Assembly (NCBI GenBank): GCA_040219255.1
Contig: JAVJSW010000059.1
Coordinates: forward strand, 1-64,000
Source: Sumerlaeia bacterium
Lineage (GTDB): Bacteria; Sumerlaeota; Sumerlaeia; SLMS01; JAHLLQ01
Reading direction: 5' to 3'
DNA: 64,000 nucleotides
Shown: piece by piece, positions 40,031 to 50,285 of the stretch
Layout: every line of letters starts with the position of its first letter
How positions within the stretch are numbered: position 1 is the first letter of the stretch
Notes under the pieces: generated by a model
What the model saw: only the letters and a program-made list of their open reading frames with translations
Told to the model about the DNA's origin: nothing
Database searches by the model: none
Position numbers and translations under genes: made by a program

Positions 40031-41386
40031 TTACCCTGCGGTGGCGAAGACCTCCCCGTTCACCTCGGCCAGCGCCGCCTCCAGGATTTCGAAGGCTTCG
40101 TCCAACTGCTCGTCCGTGATGACCAGCGGCGGCAGGAAGCGGATGCCATTGCTGTAGAGCCCGGCGCGGATCAGGATGAGGCCTTTGGCGGAGGCGCGCT
40201 TGATGATTTCCAGGGTTTGCTGGGGGGCCGGTTCTTTGGTCTTTCGATCCAGCACGAACTCCACCAGCAGCATCGCCCCCAGCCCGCGCACGTCGCCCAC
40301 CAGTTCGTACTTCCCGGCCCAGCGGTCGAGGTGCGCGCGCATGCGGTCGCCGATGGCGTTGGTGCGGGCCTGGAACTCGGGCTGGCGGATGATCTGGATG
40401 CTTTCCCGCGCGGCCACGCAAGCCAGCGGCGCGCCGCCATAGGTGCCGCCGGCGCCGCCCACGTGGGGCGCGTCCATGATCTCGGCTTTGCCGGTCACGG
40501 CGGCGATGGGCATGCCGCTGCCGAGCGACTTGCCGCTGACGATCAGGTCCGGCACGACGCCGCTGTGCTCGATGGCCCACAGCTTACCCGTCCGGCCCAT
40601 GCCGCACTGGATTTCGTCGGCGATCATGACGACGCCGTGGGCGTCGCAGAGGGTGCGGATTTTCTTCAGATACTCCGCCGGAATCGGCACAAAGCCCGCC
40701 TCGCCCTGCACCGGCTCGATCACGATGGCGGCCAGAGCGCTCGGGTCCACCTGCGAGATCATCGCGTTGTCCAACTGATCCATCATGTGGCACAGGTATT
40801 CGCCGGGATTCATGCACGCCGGGCGGCGGTACATGTTCGGCGCGGGGATGCGGTAGATTTCGGAGGCATAGGGCCCGAAGCCCTTCTTGAAGAGTCCGTA
40901 TTTGCTCGTCATCGACAGCGTCAGCAGCGTGCGGCCGTGGTAGCCGCCTTCGAAGACCAGCACGCCCGCGCGTCCCGTGGCGCAGCGCGCGGCCTTCACG
41001 GCGTTTTCGACCGCTTCCGAGCCGCTGTTACAGAGGATGGTTTTCTTGGGAAAATCGCCGGGGGTGACTTCGATCAGCAGTTCGCAAAGTTCCACATAGG
41101 GCTCGTAGGTGCCGACGATCAGGCAAAGGTGCAGGAGCTTTTCCGCCTGCTCGCGCATGGCTTCCACCACCGGGCCGGGGCAATGGCCCGCCGCCAGCAT
41201 GCCGATACCGCCGGCCAGATCGATAAGGACGTTGCCGTCCACATCCGTAACCAGGGCGCCTTCGGCCTTTTCCGCCACAACCTGGGTGGCTTTGGCCACG
41301 GCGTTGGTGACGGCTTTGGCGCGGCGTTCGAGGATCGCCTGGCTCTTCGGGCCGGGAATGGGGGTCTTCAACTGGATCGTGCCCAT
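40031..41386 (-). CDS. gabT: 4-aminobutyrate aminotransferase-like class III aminotransferase
   Basis: 'NSGSEAVENAVK'; 'YHGRT'; 'EPVQGEAG'; 'ADEIQCGMGRTG'; PLP lysine in 'GKSL'. Confidence 0.88.
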   Translation of the reverse strand: MGTIQLKTPIPGPKSQAILERRAKAVTNAVAKATQVVAEKAEGALVTDVDGNVLIDLAGGIGMLAAGHCPGPVVEAMREQAEKLLHLCLIVGTYEPYVELCELLIEVTPGDFPKKTILCNSGSEAVENAVKAARCATGRAGVLVFEGGYHGRTLLTLSMTSKYGLFKKGFGPYASEIYRIPAPNMYRRPACMNPGEYLCHMMDQLDNAMISQVDPSALAAIVIEPVQGEAGFVPIPAEYLKKIRTLCDAHGVVMIADEIQCGMGRTGKLWAIEHSGVVPDLIVSGKSLGSGMPIAAVTGKAEIMDAPHVGGAGGTYGGAPLACVAARESIQIIRQPEFQARTNAIGDRMRAHLDRWAGKYELVGDVRGLGAMLLVEFVLDRKTKEPAPQQTLEIIKRASAKGLILIRAGLYSNGIRFLPPLVITDEQLDEAFEILEAALAEVNGEVFATAG

Positions 41387-41815
41387 GGCGTCTGGTTCCA
41401 TCCTGATCGGGGGAAAGAGTCGTGGCGCGTGCCGCCGGGTGAAGAGGAGCGCGCCGCTGCGTTGTTGTGGGGCGAAGTCCTGCCACGGGGCGGGCGGGAA
41501 AATCAAACAGGAACTTGTTGCAGCGATCTTGTTTCATCCAGAAGAGGCGACGCCCGATTCGGAAAATCACGCGAAATAATCGCGCGGCTTTCGCTATGAC
41601 GGGCACGGTAGAAGACCATGGTTGCGCGACTTAGAGCGCAAGACCCAGGGGAACCGGTTGCAGGCTTCCCGTTTCCCCTTTACTTCCGAAAAACCACACT
41701 CATAATTGAATGACAAGAGATGTTTCGAAACCGCCCGGTTCAACTTCGATTTTAGAACGGATTTTCGATCTGGGCCGTTGCCGCCACGTCATCGATCCAA
41801 TCAGGGAGGGATCCG

Positions 41816-44800
41816 ATGCTTCGCCCCAAGGTTCTCGCTCAAGCGATTCTCGTGTCTGTTCTGCTTTTCGGCCCGCCCATGGCGGCCTCCGCCGATGTGG
41901 TGGTGCTGTCGAACGGCAACCGCCTCGAAGGCATGATCGTTTCCGAAACCGATCAGTTCGTCACGCTCGACACGGAAGGCTCACAACTCAAGCTTTCGCG
42001 CTCGAACATCCGGGCCATCGAGCGCGGCCCCAGCGTCGCGTTCCTGGCGGGGCGCGCCAGCCGCGCCTTGGAAGCGGCCAGCCGTCAGCTTTCCTCGGGC
42101 CGGCGCCAGGATGCCCTGAAGACCGTGGAGGAAGCCCTGCACGATCTGGAAGTGGGCATGCGGGAGGTGGACGGCGAAGCGCCCGAACTCAAGGACAAGC
42201 GCCGCGAACTGGCTGAGTTGCGCCGCAAAGCCCTGCCGCCGGACCCGAAAAAGATCGAAGCGGACCGGCTTCTGGAAGAAGCGATGGAGCACGTCAATTT
42301 CGTCCGGCTGGAGGAAGCCTTTCAGACCCTGCAGAAGGCCGCCGCTCTGGACGAGACGAGCGCCGCGATCCATTACCATCTCGCGAAGGCCGCTCTGGCG
42401 GTGCAGCGCGAAGAGGTGGCCACGAAAGCCTACGGCCAGGTCATCCGGCTGGAAGCGGACACCTACTACACGGAAGTCAGCGACACCTATCTGGACCTGC
42501 TGCACAAGCAGGGCAGGCAACTGCTGCGTGACCGGCGGTCCGACGAGGCGCTGGCGGTCTACGAGGAGATCTTGCTGTTGCAAGCCAACGGCGAGGACGA
42601 AGCCCCGATCGCGGTGGGCGATTTCCTGGCCCGCCGCGCCACCCGCGGCAGCCAGCCCCGGGAGGAGGTCCTGAAGGAAGTCTATCGCTATGCCGACTCG
42701 GAAGATCTGATCGATCTGGCGTTTGTCTCGGTTTCCGAGCTTCAACGCCTCGATCCGGAAAACGAAGAATTCAAGCGGCTGGCCGAGGAAGATGGCTTTC
42801 TGGCGCGCTTCAACCGGGCTATGGAGGGCGGCAAGCTCGAGGAAGCGTCGGGCCTGATCGGTCAGGCTGGCGACTTGCTCAAGCGCCCCCGGGTGGCCGC
42901 CAAGGTCAAGGAACTGGCCGGCGATCGAGCCCGCGAACTGGAAGCGTCACGCATCGCCGAATCCATGCGCGAAGCCATGAAGTCCGAGGACTTCGCGCGG
43001 GCGGCGAATCTGGCGAAGCGGGTTCTGCGCGATTACGCCGACATGGCCGTGGCGCGCGAGGCGGGCTCGATCCTGAAGCAGGCGGAGCTGGAAATTCCCG
43101 TCAAGACCGAGGTGGACAAAGCCCGCGCCGCCATCGCCGACGCCCGCGACGACGACGCGGAGGCCGCTCTGAAAGGCGTGGCGGAAACCGCCACGGCGAT
43201 CGCCAGCGTTCAGCTCCCCGCGATCAAGAAACTGATGGCCCAGATCCCCCGCGAACGCCGCGCCGACGAACTCTGGCTGCTGGCCGATGCGGACCTGGAA
43301 TCGGAGAGGTTCAACGAAGCCCTGGAGCGGCTCGAGGAGCTGGAGTCGGACTTCGCCGACACCCGGTCCGGTGGCCGGGCCGTGGGCTGGCTGAACGATT
43401 ATCGCGCCCGCCTGCGGGCCGAAACGCAGCGCTATCGCCCCCGCGACACGGACTTCTTGCTCGCCATCACGGACCCAAACCTCTGGCGCGCCGCCGCTTA
43501 CGAATCCGGAGGCAATGGCCGCCGGGAATTGGGCGCCGTGGTCAGCGAAGGCCGCAGTCAAGCCCTCGCCTCCTTCCGCGGTCTGATGAGGGCCGACGCC
43601 GGCGCCGTCGTCGATCCGCGCCCGGGATGGATGCATGTCGGTTTGCCTCTAGGTCTCGGAGGATTGGTGCTGCTGGGCTTGCTGTTCACGCTGGCCAAGC
43701 CCGGCTCGGGTCAGTACGCGGAGGTGATCGAGGACGATGCGCCGCCGGAGCCAGGCGAGGAAGGCAGCGCGGCCTCGCGTATGATCCTCTCCTGCCGCGC
43801 CTGTGGCCAGGCCAGCCCCGCCAAGGAGCCGCGTTGCCCCGCTTGCGGCACGGCCCGCGCCATGACGGAGGACGAGCAAATCCGCAGCGAGGACGAGAAG
43901 CGCCGCGCCGATTTCGACCCGTGGAAGCTGCGCGTGTCGTCGTCCGTGGAATTCAACAAATTCAACGAGTACTATGAGAAGGCCCGCGAGCTGTCCGAAA
44001 CCAGCGACGTGCAGGCGGCCCTCGAAAACTGCCGCGCGGCGCTGCGGGAAAACCCACACAGTTCGCTCGGTTACGAGCTGCTGGCCACACTGTACGAACG
44101 CATGGGCAAACAGGATGATGCGATCCTGTGCTATCGCGAGATCCTTTTGCTGAACCCCACGGACCAGATGGTGCGTCAGAAGCTGGAAAGTCTCTCCGCC
44201 GTGCCGCCGCTCGATTCGTCGAAGATCTCCCTCTGGCTCGCGGCGCTGCTGTGGTGGTTCGTTTACTTCCTGATGATCGGGGTCGATCCGGGAAGCTATG
44301 TTTTGCGTGCGATCGCATGCCTGGCGGGCTTTGGCCTCACCTTCGCCCTGTTCAAATCCATGCAGAAACACAGCAGGCTGCCGCGCGTTTCGCGCGATCA
44401 CGCGGGCGCCATCGACGTGATGCGCCCCCTGCCCAAACAGACGCTCTCATGGGCCGAGCAGAACAAACAGGCCCGCGTGCTGGCCGACGCCATCCTGCAC
44501 CATACTGGTGTCGAGGTGCCGGTGCTGTCGGTGTGGCGGCTGGTCTGGGCGTTGGCGCTGTCGCTGCTGATGCTGGTGGTGCTGGTGGCCGTTGCCTGGG
44601 TCCAGAGCGCGCCTTGGGTGCTGCTGGCATGGCCGGCGGGGGCGTTGCTGCTCGTCTGGGTGTTCGAACTGGCGCCCCGCGCCCTCACGGCCCACGTGCT
44701 GCTGCGCCATTTTCAGGAAGAAACCCTCTCCCCCTGGAGCGACCCTCATCGCCCCTTCCAACCGGCCGCCTCGAAGACGCCGCCCATCGGCGAATTCCTC

Positions 44801-45724
44801 CTCGAATCGCCCACGCTGCTGCCACTCCGCTGGACGTTCCGGCCCTTCCCGTATTCCAAGTCTCGCCAGGGCGTCCTGAACAACATCCAGCAGGTGCTCA
44901 ACCGCCATTGGGAATTCCACCGCTTCTACCATGAGGCCCGCGTCGTCCGGGATTTGGAAATCCCGCTGCCGGCCTACTCCAAGCCCATGAACTACGCCTG
45001 CGGTCTGCTGATCGTGTTGGCGCTGGCTGGGGCCCTGACAGCGTATTGGGGTCAACGGAGCGCCGCCGCCCGCTACGACGAGTCGATGCAACTCGGCTAC
45101 GTTTACCTGCTCGATGGCGACGTGCCGGAAGCGCTGCGCTACTTCCAGGAAGCCCAGAGTCTGCAACCGAGCCGCGTGGCACCGCACCTCTATATGGGCC
45201 ACACCTTCGCGGCGAAACGTCTCGCCAAAGGGGCGGAGCGAAATTTCAAGCTGGCCTCGGAAAAGAACCCCGGCATCGCGGCGGTCGAGAACGATTACGC
45301 CAACTTCCTGCAGCGCGAAGGCCGCCTGCGGGAGGCGGCGGAGGCTTACCTGGCGGCCCTCGAAATCGAGCCCACCAATCCCGACATCCTGAACAACGCC
45401 GGGTCGGCGTTCTACAAACTGGAAGACTACGCCCGCGCCGTCGAACTCCTCAAACGCGCCGTCGCCGTCGATCCCGAGCACAGCCGCGCCCACACGACTC
45501 TCGGGCTGGCCTACGAGGGCCTCGGCGACCGAGACGCCGCCCGCCAGGCCTATGAAAAGGCCGTCGCGGTGGCACCGGAACTCTCCTACACCCAGGTCGC
45601 CCGCAACCGTCTCGACCTCGATCTGGCGCCCATTGATGCGACGCCGTTGCGGCTGGAAGTGGCCTCCGCCGCCGATTCCGCGCTAGCGCCAGCGCCCACC
45701 GAAGGGACCGCGGCCTCCCCATGA
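41816..45724 (+). CDS. large multi-pass membrane TPR protein with zinc ribbon
   Basis: signal peptide; three TPR clusters; CxxC..CxxC; several TM segments. Confidence 0.85.
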   Translation: MLRPKVLAQAILVSVLLFGPPMAASADVVVLSNGNRLEGMIVSETDQFVTLDTEGSQLKLSRSNIRAIERGPSVAFLAGRASRALEAASRQLSSGRRQDALKTVEEALHDLEVGMREVDGEAPELKDKRRELAELRRKALPPDPKKIEADRLLEEAMEHVNFVRLEEAFQTLQKAAALDETSAAIHYHLAKAALAVQREEVATKAYGQVIRLEADTYYTEVSDTYLDLLHKQGRQLLRDRRSDEALAVYEEILLLQANGEDEAPIAVGDFLARRATRGSQPREEVLKEVYRYADSEDLIDLAFVSVSELQRLDPENEEFKRLAEEDGFLARFNRAMEGGKLEEASGLIGQAGDLLKRPRVAAKVKELAGDRARELEASRIAESMREAMKSEDFARAANLAKRVLRDYADMAVAREAGSILKQAELEIPVKTEVDKARAAIADARDDDAEAALKGVAETATAIASVQLPAIKKLMAQIPRERRADELWLLADADLESERFNEALERLEELESDFADTRSGGRAVGWLNDYRARLRAETQRYRPRDTDFLLAITDPNLWRAAAYESGGNGRRELGAVVSEGRSQALASFRGLMRADAGAVVDPRPGWMHVGLPLGLGGLVLLGLLFTLAKPGSGQYAEVIEDDAPPEPGEEGSAASRMILSCRACGQASPAKEPRCPACGTARAMTEDEQIRSEDEKRRADFDPWKLRVSSSVEFNKFNEYYEKARELSETSDVQAALENCRAALRENPHSSLGYELLATLYERMGKQDDAILCYREILLLNPTDQMVRQKLESLSAVPPLDSSKISLWLAALLWWFVYFLMIGVDPGSYVLRAIACLAGFGLTFALFKSMQKHSRLPRVSRDHAGAIDVMRPLPKQTLSWAEQNKQARVLADAILHHTGVEVPVLSVWRLVWALALSLLMLVVLVAVAWVQSAPWVLLAWPAGALLLVWVFELAPRALTAHVLLRHFQEETLSPWSDPHRPFQPAASKTPPIGEFLLESPTLLPLRWTFRPFPYSKSRQGVLNNIQQVLNRHWEFHRFYHEARVVRDLEIPLPAYSKPMNYACGLLIVLALAGALTAYWGQRSAAARYDESMQLGYVYLLDGDVPEALRYFQEAQSLQPSRVAPHLYMGHTFAAKRLAKGAERNFKLASEKNPGIAAVENDYANFLQREGRLREAAEAYLAALEIEPTNPDILNNAGSAFYKLEDYARAVELLKRAVAVDPEHSRAHTTLGLAYEGLGDRDAARQAYEKAVAVAPELSYTQVARNRLDLDLAPIDATPLRLEVASAADSALAPAPTEGTAASP

Positions 45725-47523
45725 CCTCGTCCTCCGGCGACAATCCGACCCGCATCCTGTCCGCCGCCGCGCGCGACAAGACACCGCCCCAGATGATCGG
45801 GCCCTATCGCGTCATCCGGCGCCTGGGAGAAGGCGGCATGGGCGAGGTCCTGCTCGCCGAGGACGCCAAGCTCGGCCGCCATGTCGCCATCAAACTGATC
45901 CGCCGCGAGCTCGTCACGGCGCCCCAGTTCCTCGAACGCTTCGAGCGCGAGGCCAAACTCTGCGCCCGCCTCAACCACCCCCGCGTCGTCAGCCTCTATC
46001 AGGTCGGCGAGGTGGACGGAAACCCCTACCAGGTCCTGGAGTATGTCAAGGGCATGACTCTGCGCGAGCTGCTGCGAACCCCGCCGCCGCTGCCGCTGGC
46101 CAAGGTCTGCGAGTTCTTCGCCCAGGCCGCCGAAGGCCTCGAGGCGGCCCGCGCCGCCGGCATCATCCACCGCGATATCAAACCCGGCAACATCATGGTG
46201 CGCGACGACGGTCTGGTCAAGGTCATGGACTTTGGCCTCTCCAAAGGCCAGGACATGGACGGCCTGACCCAGACCCAGGCCGCCCTCGGCACGCCGGAAT
46301 ACATGGCGCCGGAGCAGGCCGAAGGCAAACCGCTGGACCATCGCGCGGACATCTATGCCCTGGGCATTTCCCTCTTCCAGTGCGTCACCGGCTACCTGCC
46401 CTTTCGCGCCAGCTCCGCCGTCAGCACCATGATGAAGCAGGTCCACGAGCCCCTGCCCGCCGACCCTAAACTGCAAGCCATCGCCGGCGGCCGGCTCGAC
46501 GGTCTGATCCGCCGCATGACGGCCAAGGACCCGGCGGACCGGCCCTGGCGCTATATCGATGTGATCGAGGAGCTGCGCCTTCTGGCGGCCCTTCTGGCGG
46601 AGGACGGACAGCTCTCCGCCGCCGAGGTGGACTTGGTGCCATCGCCCCGGGGAAACGGCCGCACACCCAAACCCGCCTACGATCCCCAGCGCGCTTCCGG
46701 CACGCCGCCGGTCGGCTACCTGGCGCCCGCGCCCGCCAAACGGCGCAGCTCCTCCTCGGTCCAGATCGGGCGCCAGCGCCGCCGTCTGCAAACGCTGACC
46801 TACGCCGGGGTGGGTCTGCTACTGCTGGGGGCCTTGGTGGGCGGCGGGCTTTGGGCCACGGGCGGTTTCCCGGGAAAGAGCGCTGCCGCGCCGGATTCCA
46901 AGGCCCAACCCGTGCCGGGCGGCGACGCCGCCAAGCCGGCCGTGACGCCCACGCCCGCACCCACGCCTGATGATGGCCGCATGCGCATCACGCTGCGCAG
47001 CTCCGGCCGCACCGCCACATTGGCGGACCTGCTCGGCGGCCTCCAGGCCCACGGCGTGAACTTTGTCGTCCGCGATCAGATCGATCCCCGCGCCTATCCC
47101 GCCTCCTTCGTGTTCGAACAAACCCCGCCCGACGACATCGTCCGCGCTGTAACCACCGGCGCGGGCTGGAGCACCGAGGACCAGGGCGGCATACTGTTCC
47201 TCGCGCGCGGCGCCGCACCCCCCCAGCAATCCGTCCGCGCCGCCCGCGCGGGCCAAGACACCACCGGCCTCCCCAACGTCAGCCTCCGCGCCATGAGCAA
47301 CCCCGTCACGCTTCTGGAAGCCTGTGAGGGCTTTCGTTACGAAGCCGGCGTCGATTACCTCATCCTCGGCGAAGGCCTCACCCGATGGCCCATCACCAAC
47401 GTCGGCCTGACCAACGCCAACCTGGGCACCGTGATGACGTTACTGCTGCAAAACGGCGCCCCGATGGAGTGGGCTATGGTGGGAAACACGCTGGTGATCG
47501 TGCCGAAGGGGACGCGGAACTAG
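45721..47523 (+). CDS. Hanks-type Ser/Thr protein kinase with TM and extracytoplasmic domain
   Basis: 'LGEGGMGEV'; 'VAIK'; 'HRDIKPGN'; 'DFG'; 'GTPEYMAPE'; ATGA overlap with the TPR gene. Confidence 0.95.
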   Translation: MTSSSGDNPTRILSAAARDKTPPQMIGPYRVIRRLGEGGMGEVLLAEDAKLGRHVAIKLIRRELVTAPQFLERFEREAKLCARLNHPRVVSLYQVGEVDGNPYQVLEYVKGMTLRELLRTPPPLPLAKVCEFFAQAAEGLEAARAAGIIHRDIKPGNIMVRDDGLVKVMDFGLSKGQDMDGLTQTQAALGTPEYMAPEQAEGKPLDHRADIYALGISLFQCVTGYLPFRASSAVSTMMKQVHEPLPADPKLQAIAGGRLDGLIRRMTAKDPADRPWRYIDVIEELRLLAALLAEDGQLSAAEVDLVPSPRGNGRTPKPAYDPQRASGTPPVGYLAPAPAKRRSSSSVQIGRQRRRLQTLTYAGVGLLLLGALVGGGLWATGGFPGKSAAAPDSKAQPVPGGDAAKPAVTPTPAPTPDDGRMRITLRSSGRTATLADLLGGLQAHGVNFVVRDQIDPRAYPASFVFEQTPPDDIVRAVTTGAGWSTEDQGGILFLARGAAPPQQSVRAARAGQDTTGLPNVSLRAMSNPVTLLEACEGFRYEAGVDYLILGEGLTRWPITNVGLTNANLGTVMTLLLQNGAPMEWAMVGNTLVIVPKGTRN

Positions 47524-48488
47524 ACAGCCGCCACCTGCGCCTCGGCGTTACGCTTGATGCTCCGCAGCACTCGGCCATGGATGCGGTGGATGATCGCGTC
47601 GGTCCACGGACGCCAGTAGAACCCCGGCGACAGCGATTGCCGGTACCACGTCGTGCCCTCGACGCGGGTCGTGCCGTCGGGCTGGCGGATCAGGAGAAAC
47701 TGCCCCCGTTCGCTGCGAAACGAATCGTGCACGTGCGCTGGCGAGATGTCGTGAAAGGGGTTCCACTCCTCCATCACCGGCGGCGTCTCGATCACGGAAA
47801 ACGCCAGAAGGCGCGGCTCGTCCCAGGTGGTGATGGGTTCGACGAAGGTGCCCGTCGAGAAGTCACAATAGCGGATGGCGCCTCGGCCCTCGCCCCGGAT
47901 GCGGGCGCGGATCGGATAGGCGAGGCCCTGGCGGAAGAAGAATCCCGGATCCTCCTCGATTTCGCTGAACGCCACGATCTGGTCCCACACGACGTCCGGC
48001 GGCGCGGCGATGTGCATGGGCGTAGTGACGGAAACCAATTCGCCGCGCGGCTCGCGCAGCACCGCCTCGGCGCCCATAATCGCGGGCGAGAGCGCCAGCA
48101 GGCCCACGAGCATCGAGCGCTCGGCGCAGCCAGAGGCCGCTTCCCCCATCCGATACACGATGTAGCAGCCCAGAAACGTCAGCGGAATCACGATGGGGGC
48201 CGCCATCAGGATACAGATCACCCCTTCCTGGGCGAAGGCCAACAGCCCCGCGCTGATCGTCACGCCCAGCGAAGCCGTGGCTGAAACGACGTCCCCAATG
48301 GTTCCAGCGGATCCCCGCAGCACCAACGTCATCTGGAGCACCCCGGCCAGCACCGGTAGCACCACGAAAAGGTAAACCCCGTAGGATTGGAGGACGTGGG
48401 CGCCGAGGAAGACGCTCAGCAGCACGAAGAAGGAGGTCAGGATGGTGGGGACGCCGAAGCGTTTGGTGAAGAGGAATGCGTTACTCAT
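47520..48488 (-). CDS. membrane protein with SRPBCC/START-like domain
   Basis: N-terminal TMs, 'EGVICILMAAP'; 'IAAPPDVVW'; 'FSTGTFVEPITTWD'. Confidence 0.8.
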   Translation of the reverse strand: MSNAFLFTKRFGVPTILTSFFVLLSVFLGAHVLQSYGVYLFVVLPVLAGVLQMTLVLRGSAGTIGDVVSATASLGVTISAGLLAFAQEGVICILMAAPIVIPLTFLGCYIVYRMGEAASGCAERSMLVGLLALSPAIMGAEAVLREPRGELVSVTTPMHIAAPPDVVWDQIVAFSEIEEDPGFFFRQGLAYPIRARIRGEGRGAIRYCDFSTGTFVEPITTWDEPRLLAFSVIETPPVMEEWNPFHDISPAHVHDSFRSERGQFLLIRQPDGTTRVEGTTWYRQSLSPGFYWRPWTDAIIHRIHGRVLRSIKRNAEAQVAAV

Positions 48489-48503
48489 CAGAAAGATTTG
48501 TCC

Positions 48504-48521
48504 TTTCAGAAATTTTTGAAA
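48504..48521. promoter_or_regulatory. putative operator of the GbsR/MarR regulator (copy 2)
   Basis: palindrome TTTCAGAAATTTTTGAAA; 17/18 identical to 49086-49103. Confidence 0.7.
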
Positions 48522-48542
48522 CACAAGGTCGCAAAGAAAACT

Positions 48543-49070
48543 TCACTTCCCCGCCAGATCGATCAGGAATCGGTTCAGCCGCTCGCTCATCTGGGCCAAG
48601 CGCCGCAGCGTGGCCGTCGGCATGCGGTCGAGTTGCTCGTAGGCGGCGGTCATTTGCTCCATGAAATCCAGCATCGGGGCGATTTTTTCGGCGGTCGCGG
48701 CGTCGCCATCTTCCTGGGCTTCCATTGCGCACTGGCGCAGCATCGTTAGTGTCGGGTCGATTTCGCGCTTCTTCCGCTCGGCCAGGATGCGCCGGAACAT
48801 TTCCCAGATATCGTCGAGCGTGGTGAAGTAATCGCGCCGGTCTCCGAGCCGCTGCTCGACCCGCACGATGCCCCAGCTTTGCAGTTCCTTGAGCGACATG
48901 CTCACGTTCGACCGCGCGATCTGCAGCGTGGCGGCGATTTCCTCGGCGTGGATGGGCTCGGGCGACAGGTACAGCAGCGCATGAATCTGAGCCACCGTCC
49001 GATTGATCCCCCACTTGGTCCCCATCTCGCCCCAGTGGAGGATGAGTTTACGCTGTGTATCGGTGAGCAT
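48543..49070 (-). CDS. GbsR/MarR family transcriptional regulator
   Basis: 'ILHWGEMGTKWGINRTVAQIHALL'; 'ARSNVSMSLKEL..WG'; 'GDRRDYF'. Confidence 0.92.
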   Translation of the reverse strand: MLTDTQRKLILHWGEMGTKWGINRTVAQIHALLYLSPEPIHAEEIAATLQIARSNVSMSLKELQSWGIVRVEQRLGDRRDYFTTLDDIWEMFRRILAERKKREIDPTLTMLRQCAMEAQEDGDAATAEKIAPMLDFMEQMTAAYEQLDRMPTATLRRLAQMSERLNRFLIDLAGK

Positions 49071-49085
49071 GAGTGGCTTCTCCTG

Positions 49086-49103
49086 TTTCAGTAATTTTTG
49101 AAA
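49086..49103. promoter_or_regulatory. putative operator of the GbsR/MarR regulator (copy 1)
   Basis: palindrome TTTCAGTAATTTTTGAAA just upstream of the regulator's RBS. Confidence 0.75.
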
Positions 49104-49176
49104 TACGAGAAGTGTATGTGCGCGTCAAGGGCGAATCGACGATGGCTACAAGCGCTCGCTGACACCTCGGAAATCG

Positions 49177-49286
49177 GCCACGGATGAGCACGGATAGCAA
49201 ACCGGATACAAGGAAGACATTCGTTCATGCCAAACTAGCCTTAGAGACAGAGAACAATCCGAATCCTATCCGTGCCAATCCGTGGC
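49177..49286. repeat. gene-less inverted-repeat hairpin element (GxxExxY-element type)
   Basis: arms 49177-49197 gccacggatgagcacggatag and 49266-49286 ctatccgtgccaatccgtggc; 19/21 complementary. Confidence 0.85.
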
Positions 49287-50285
49287 GTTTTCCCCCACCC
49301 GCTCCGGGTACAAACTCGGTTCCGCCTCGCGCGCCAGGTCCACCAGCAGCCTCCGCAGCCGTCCCGGCCGGGCCGAGGCGCGTTCGATGCGGCGGGCGCC
49401 ACGGTCTCGCAGGTGCTGCCTCACGCGGGCGATTTCTTTGCGCGAGGCGCTTTTCGTTCCCAGCAGCAGAGCGCTCCACGGGCGCGCGGCCAGGTCCGTC
49501 AGAAGCTCGCCCAGCCGCCGCGCCCGCGCGTCGAAGAGCCGCTCGCCGCCTCGCCCGTCCGCCAGGCTCCACAGCACCAGCGCCGCGTCCGCCTCCAGCG
49601 GCACGGACTCGAAGGCCAGGCAGGCGTCCAGGTCCGCGGCTTCGCGCCGCACCAGGTAGGCGAGCGGCACGCCATCGAGCGTCGCCACGTGCTCGGCCAT
49701 GTCCGTCTCGGACTTATCGAGGTCGTGGAAATCGTAGAGGCGCCAAGGCTGGCCGGCGGTGCGCTGGCGTTCGCGCTCGACGCCGCGAAAGACGATAAAG
49801 GGATCGAAGGTCTCGGCCAGCCCCAGCGCCACCGCGGCGATCTGGCAGCGTGGTGCGCCGAACCGCCGCACCGCGTCCCAGAGCGTCCGCTTGAGCCATT
49901 CGCGTTCGTCCAGGGTGAAGCGGGCTACATGGAGGCGGGCGCGCTCCTCGCCTCCCTGGCGCATAAGCATGTGCGGCCCATGGCTGTCGAAGCCCCAGGC
50001 CAGCTCGTCCAGTTCGCGCCATTTCAGGGCGATGTGATCTTCGATGGCGCTGGCCGCGCGGCCCTTGATGGCCAGTTCCTGCGGCGTACCCCGCAGCGTC
50101 AGGTACGGTGGCCGGTTCGGAAACAGGAGCGTCTCCGCCGCCACCCAGGCCTTCACGGCCAGGTTGCCGCCGCGCGCGCGGCTGCGGATCAGGACGTGGC
50201 CATTGTCGTTGGCCCGCACCTCGAACGCGTCCGGTGGATCCGTCTCGAACAGCCAGCGCGCCTGGGGCGGCACGGGGCGGCTCAT
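49266..50285 (-). CDS. hypothetical protein
   Basis: 339-aa ORF; ATGA overlap with the upstream gene; host codon usage. Confidence 0.7.
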   Translation of the reverse strand: MSRPVPPQARWLFETDPPDAFEVRANDNGHVLIRSRARGGNLAVKAWVAAETLLFPNRPPYLTLRGTPQELAIKGRAASAIEDHIALKWRELDELAWGFDSHGPHMLMRQGGEERARLHVARFTLDEREWLKRTLWDAVRRFGAPRCQIAAVALGLAETFDPFIVFRGVERERQRTAGQPWRLYDFHDLDKSETDMAEHVATLDGVPLAYLVRREAADLDACLAFESVPLEADAALVLWSLADGRGGERLFDARARRLGELLTDLAARPWSALLLGTKSASRKEIARVRQHLRDRGARRIERASARPGRLRRLLVDLAREAEPSLYPERVGENATDWHG

